From: Candidatus Altimarinota bacterium
GTDB lineage: Bacteria; Patescibacteriota; Gracilibacteria; UBA4473
Assembly: GCA_965231215.1 (NCBI GenBank)
Contig: OZ246423.1
Coordinates: 352,001 to 416,000 of the forward strand
Length of the DNA: 64,000 nucleotides
Reading direction: 5' to 3'
The notes under the pieces were generated by a model. It was not told the origin of the DNA and did not search any database. It saw only the letters and a program-made list of their open reading frames with translations. The stretch's first letter is position 1. Every line of letters begins with the position of its first letter. Of this stretch, positions 62,722 to 64,000 are shown piece by piece. The translations under genes and the position numbers were made by a program.

Positions 62722-63293
62722 TATGCAAGGCCTAGTTTTTGTTCCATCTCTTTGGTTACTTCTTCGATTTCTTGTTCTCCATTTACTACAATCATCTGTC
62801 CATTTTCTTCCCAAAAATTAATCACTGGCTGAGTCTGTGATTCAAAATTCTGAAGTCGGTTTTGAATAGCGGTTAGATTATCATCTTCTCGGCCTTCTAA
62901 TTCTCCTCGTTTGATAAGTCTTTTAACGGCTTCATTGTTAGTAATACGAATTTCCAAAGCCATAAAACTTCGCCCTGCTTTTTCTAGTTCTTCCGTAAAA
63001 GATTGGCGTTGTTCTTCTGATCTGGGAATTCCATCAAACAAAATGGGCTTATTTTTTTCTACCATAGATAAAAAGTTTGCCAGAATCTTCATTACAATAC
63101 TAGTAGGAACCAGATCCCCTCGAGCTGTAATTTCGCGTACGGTAGCGCCAAGTTCTGTTGGTTGTTTTGCCATCTCTCGTAACGCCGCTCCAGTTTCAAA
63201 AACAATAAAACCATGATGTTCTGCTAGAATTCGTCCTTGAGTTCCTTTTCCAGAGCCCTGCCTGCCGATAAGTACTAAATCTTTCATACGCAC
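62721..63293 (-). CDS. adk: Adenylate kinase, short LID type
   Basis: GRQGSGKGTQ, GDLVP, FDGIPR, REDD. Confidence 0.93.
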   Translation of the reverse strand: MRMKDLVLIGRQGSGKGTQGRILAEHHGFIVFETGAALREMAKQPTELGATVREITARGDLVPTSIVMKILANFLSMVEKNKPILFDGIPRSEEQRQSFTEELEKAGRSFMALEIRITNNEAVKRLIKRGELEGREDDNLTAIQNRLQNFESQTQPVINFWEENGQMIVVNGEQEIEEVTKEMEQKLGLA

Positions 63294-63382
63294 GGATTCT
63301 ATCTAAAAACAAAAAAAAAGCATGTCTTTTTACTCAAAAAATAATTGGGATATTCCCCTATTTTTCATGTAGTATGTAAAAA

Positions 63383-64000
63383 ATGAAAAAACAAATTGTA
63401 CTATTGTGTTTCACACTTTGTATAACTCACTCAACGAGTTTCGCTCAATTTCCAGCACAAAGTAACACTGAAAACATTAATCCTAAAAACGATATCGACC
63501 AAAATGTTGTAACGGTTAATGAATTTAACCTTATTTTAGGCACTCTCAGAAAAGTCTATAACGTCGTGAAAGACAACTTAGTACAAATCGGAATAAATGA
63601 ACCTCAACCAGCTGAAAATCTTACCTTAGATGTAGGAGGCAGAGTAGGCGCCACAGAATTTTGCGATGAAGACGGATTCAATTGCATCAACCCAAAAGAG
63701 TGGAACATTCAACCCTCTATCAAACTTGAAGAGCCGGCTGGCAACTGCGAAATACGTTATCGAACTAAAGACCAAAGACATGAATCTGATTGGGTTCAGA
63801 CTGGAGGAAACGATGACCCAAATGGACTTTGGGGTATATTTTATAGTGAAAAAAGGAATAACTGTGCCGGAGACGGATGTGGAATCCAAATGGGACTTCG
63901 CTGCAGACCTAACCCCGAAATACTACAACAAAGCGAATGCCGAATACGCTATCGCATCAATTACACTAACCAAGAGAATCAAGAAATTACCTCTGACTGG
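63383..64000 (+). CDS. Secreted cysteine-rich repeat surface protein (partial, runs off the window)
   Basis: Hand-translated open frame MKKQIVLLCFTLC...; IGINEPQP...LDVGGRVGATEFCDEDGFNC and repeated C.IRYR...SDW units. Confidence 0.75.
   Translation, partial: MKKQIVLLCFTLCITHSTSFAQFPAQSNTENINPKNDIDQNVVTVNEFNLILGTLRKVYNVVKDNLVQIGINEPQPAENLTLDVGGRVGATEFCDEDGFNCINPKEWNIQPSIKLEEPAGNCEIRYRTKDQRHESDWVQTGGNDDPNGLWGIFYSEKRNNCAGDGCGIQMGLRCRPNPEILQQSECRIRYRINYTNQENQEITSDW

Overview
AT-rich bacterial chromosomal window read with the standard genetic code (TGA acts as a stop). The gene inventory suggests a Patescibacteria/CPR organism, probably Gracilibacteria/Peregrinibacteria-like; this is inferred from the SLH proteins, DUF5665, the PRC-barrel protein, an IGIN..P..LDV.G surface protein and a 23S-5S rRNA unit with no 16S, not tested by phylogeny. 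It carries housekeeping genes (murA, typA, purL, uvrC, topA, xth, map, adk, ogt), a 23S-5S rRNA unit with its own promoter, a tRNA(CAT), an ECF sigma/anti-sigma operon, a RelE/YafQ-type toxin-antitoxin pair and a low-GC dam-membrane protein-DGQHR candidate defence cassette. The most striking unannotated signal is a family of short palindromes (core AGTCYGGACT). It occurs intergenically, bounds an in-frame peptide insertion in PurL, and forms a perfect 13-bp hairpin exactly where a whole GNAT acetyltransferase domain is inserted into UvrC. Other notable signals: a ~230-bp multi-hairpin element that duplicates the 5S rRNA 3' end in both orientations; a recurring TGTCRCA-N16-CGTAT ECF-type promoter motif; two unannotated small ORFs, one a 29-aa lipopeptide; an HTH-MurA fusion; tandem FMN-bind-like surface proteins; and a Trm9-like methyltransferase beside a cysteine desulfurase. 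All family assignments come from recognising motifs by eye; no database search was run.
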